A stretch of 6,012 nt of DNA from a virus, in IMG/VR virus record IMGVR_UViG_3300020030_000050, positions 1 through 6,012 of that record. One strand, written 5' to 3'. Of this stretch, positions 4,846 to 6,012 are shown piece after piece. Positions within the stretch are counted from its first letter, which is position 1. Every line of letters begins with the position of its first letter. The translations under genes were made by a program, and so were the position numbers. The notes below the pieces were generated by a model, which worked only from the letters and a program-made list of their open reading frames with translations, was not told the origin of the DNA and did no database searches.

Positions 4846-6012
4846 TTAACGATTAGACAAACGAGTAGCAAAGGTTTTATTTACCAAACTCTTCTTGTAA
4901 ACCGAATATGATAAATTCACAAAGAAATTATCCTCCGTATCCGAAGCGAAAGGAGAGTTGACAGATGTCATATCAACGAAGAGACACGGATAGTAATACT
5001 GCGGTTGAGATACGCCAATAACACCAATTTCCGCGGAACGCTGCTGAACCCAATACGAGTACAAAGGAACTTGAGTATCACCAGTTTTAACAGGTCCGGC
5101 AGTAGTCTGAAGTTGGCCAAGGACCTCATCGTAAGAAGAACGAAATTCGTTGAAGCACGGCTCATTGGCAACAATAGTGGTGGAAGACGCAGCAGATCCA
5201 AAAAAACCAAGGCGGCCGGCCGGAACATTCTGATAACCGATATCGTTATAGATAGGATTGAAGTAGTCAGATCCCTTATAGTCTAAGTAATCAGGTCGAA
5301 TTCCGGTCCAATAATAAACCGGGCGAATGCTGAGCATATCAATCATATAACCGGGCTCACGGAAATAATACGACTGACGACGACCAAGCCGTGCGTTAAA
5401 AGCGATGGAACCGCCCTGCTGACCAAGGGGTACGCCGTCGGCACCAAGGTTGTTGACACCAGCCTGATTCATAACGACCTGGACATTTACGGTCTGCGAA
5501 GCACTAAACAAGAGTTTCGGACGATCGACATGTTCAATACGAGAAGCGAAGAAAGTCTCAAGCCAGTCAGAGTAACGGGATCCACCCGCACCGAGAAGAT
5601 CTTTGTACTCCTGAAGACGCGAGGCAATAGCTAACTGAGGGATCGTGGTAACACCAGACATAGAAACGTCATTCGACGTACCATTCGGAAGAAGACGACT
5701 AAACCGGTCGGGGCTCGAAGGAACCACGGCCATAGGGTGAGCCTTCAACATAATAGTATAAAGAATCGAAGACGCGGGAGTAGCAGGTGCTTTAACATCA
5801 AACTGGGACACAGGAACATTCGAGAGGTCAATCGAGCCATCAGAAACCGGAGCAACAGGAAAACCTGTCAAGGGCGCAGGCAATGACGAAACATCAGAAC
5901 GGACAATCTGATAGGCAAGGTTAATACGATTATACGTACGATTCGAACTCTCAACGGCAGAGGGATAAAACTGACTCTCAAAATAGGCATCAAGACTCTC
6001 AACAGCCCCTAC
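4846..6012 (-). CDS. Major capsid protein, 3' part. The last 121 nt at the right edge duplicate 1-121.
   Basis: The 345-aa track ORF begins at TTG 5883, which is an internal Leu (…IVRSDVSS-L-PAPLTG…). The frame stays open up to 6012, with the codon phase identical to position 121 in the left copy. TAA stop at 4846-4848. The C-terminal half is rich in Y/F/W/G/N, as in jelly-roll capsid proteins. Confidence 0.93.
   Translation of the reverse strand, partial: VGAVESLDAYFESQFYPSAVESSNRTYNRINLAYQIVRSDVSSLPAPLTGFPVAPVSDGSIDLSNVPVSQFDVKAPATPASSILYTIMLKAHPMAVVPSSPDRFSRLLPNGTSNDVSMSGVTTIPQLAIASRLQEYKDLLGAGGSRYSDWLETFFASRIEHVDRPKLLFSASQTVNVQVVMNQAGVNNLGADGVPLGQQGGSIAFNARLGRRQSYYFREPGYMIDMLSIRPVYYWTGIRPDYLDYKGSDYFNPIYNDIGYQNVPAGRLGFFGSAASSTTIVANEPCFNEFRSSYDEVLGQLQTTAGPVKTGDTQVPLYSYWVQQRSAEIGVIGVSQPQYYYPCLFVDMTSVNSPFASDTEDNFFVNLSYSVYKKSLVNKTFATRLSNR
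5892..6012. repeat. Terminal direct repeat, copy 2 (identical to 1-121)
   Basis: See copy 1. The two are identical over all 121 nt. Confidence 0.97.

Noticed and set aside
4836-4871. An upstream TTG start (4871) for the 110-aa version of the post-capsid ORF, overlapping the capsid gene by 26 nt.
   Set aside because: The extension encodes MLLVCLIVNLCI from a non-ATG codon inside the capsid gene. An ATG at 4835, 10 nt past the capsid stop, gives a compact non-overlapping gene. I therefore annotate 4539-4835.

Overview
The window holds one complete, circularly permuted genome of a small ssDNA phage of the family Microviridae, plus a 121-nt assembly overlap. The phage is not phiX174-like; its gene content is gokusho-/alpa-like. 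Bases 1-121 are identical to 5892-6012, so the true unit is a 5,891-nt circle. All 8 credible genes lie on the minus strand, which is mRNA-sense and, by analogy with known microviruses, the packaged strand. Order along the minus strand: (1) major capsid protein, 607 aa, split by the linearisation point (778->1, then 5891->4846); (2) a 98-aa acidic protein; (3) a 129-nt intergenic region with a 73-nt GC-clamped hairpin; (4) a 65-aa predicted lipoprotein; (5) a 409-aa DNA pilot protein (VP2/H-like); (6) a 93-nt intergenic region with repeats and a Bacteroidota-type -7 promoter motif; (7) 79-aa and 103-aa ORFans; (8) a 180-nt highly structured non-coding region; (9) a 70-aa protein coupled by a TAATG overlap to the 357-aa rolling-circle Rep (VP4/A-like, with HUH and YxxKY motifs); (10) 4 nt, then the capsid ATG. 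I see no tRNA/rRNA, CRISPR array, integrase or transposase. The points most worth follow-up are the small lipoprotein gene next to the pilot gene (candidate lysis or superinfection-exclusion factor), the two structured non-coding regions that share a motif pair (candidate complementary-strand origin or attenuators), the ORFan pair with its own promoter-like region, and the SD-less, TAnnTTTG-bearing expression signals that point to a Bacteroidota host. All plus-strand ORFs and all same-strand overlapping ORFs in the track are explained by codon-composition bias. I do not call them genes.
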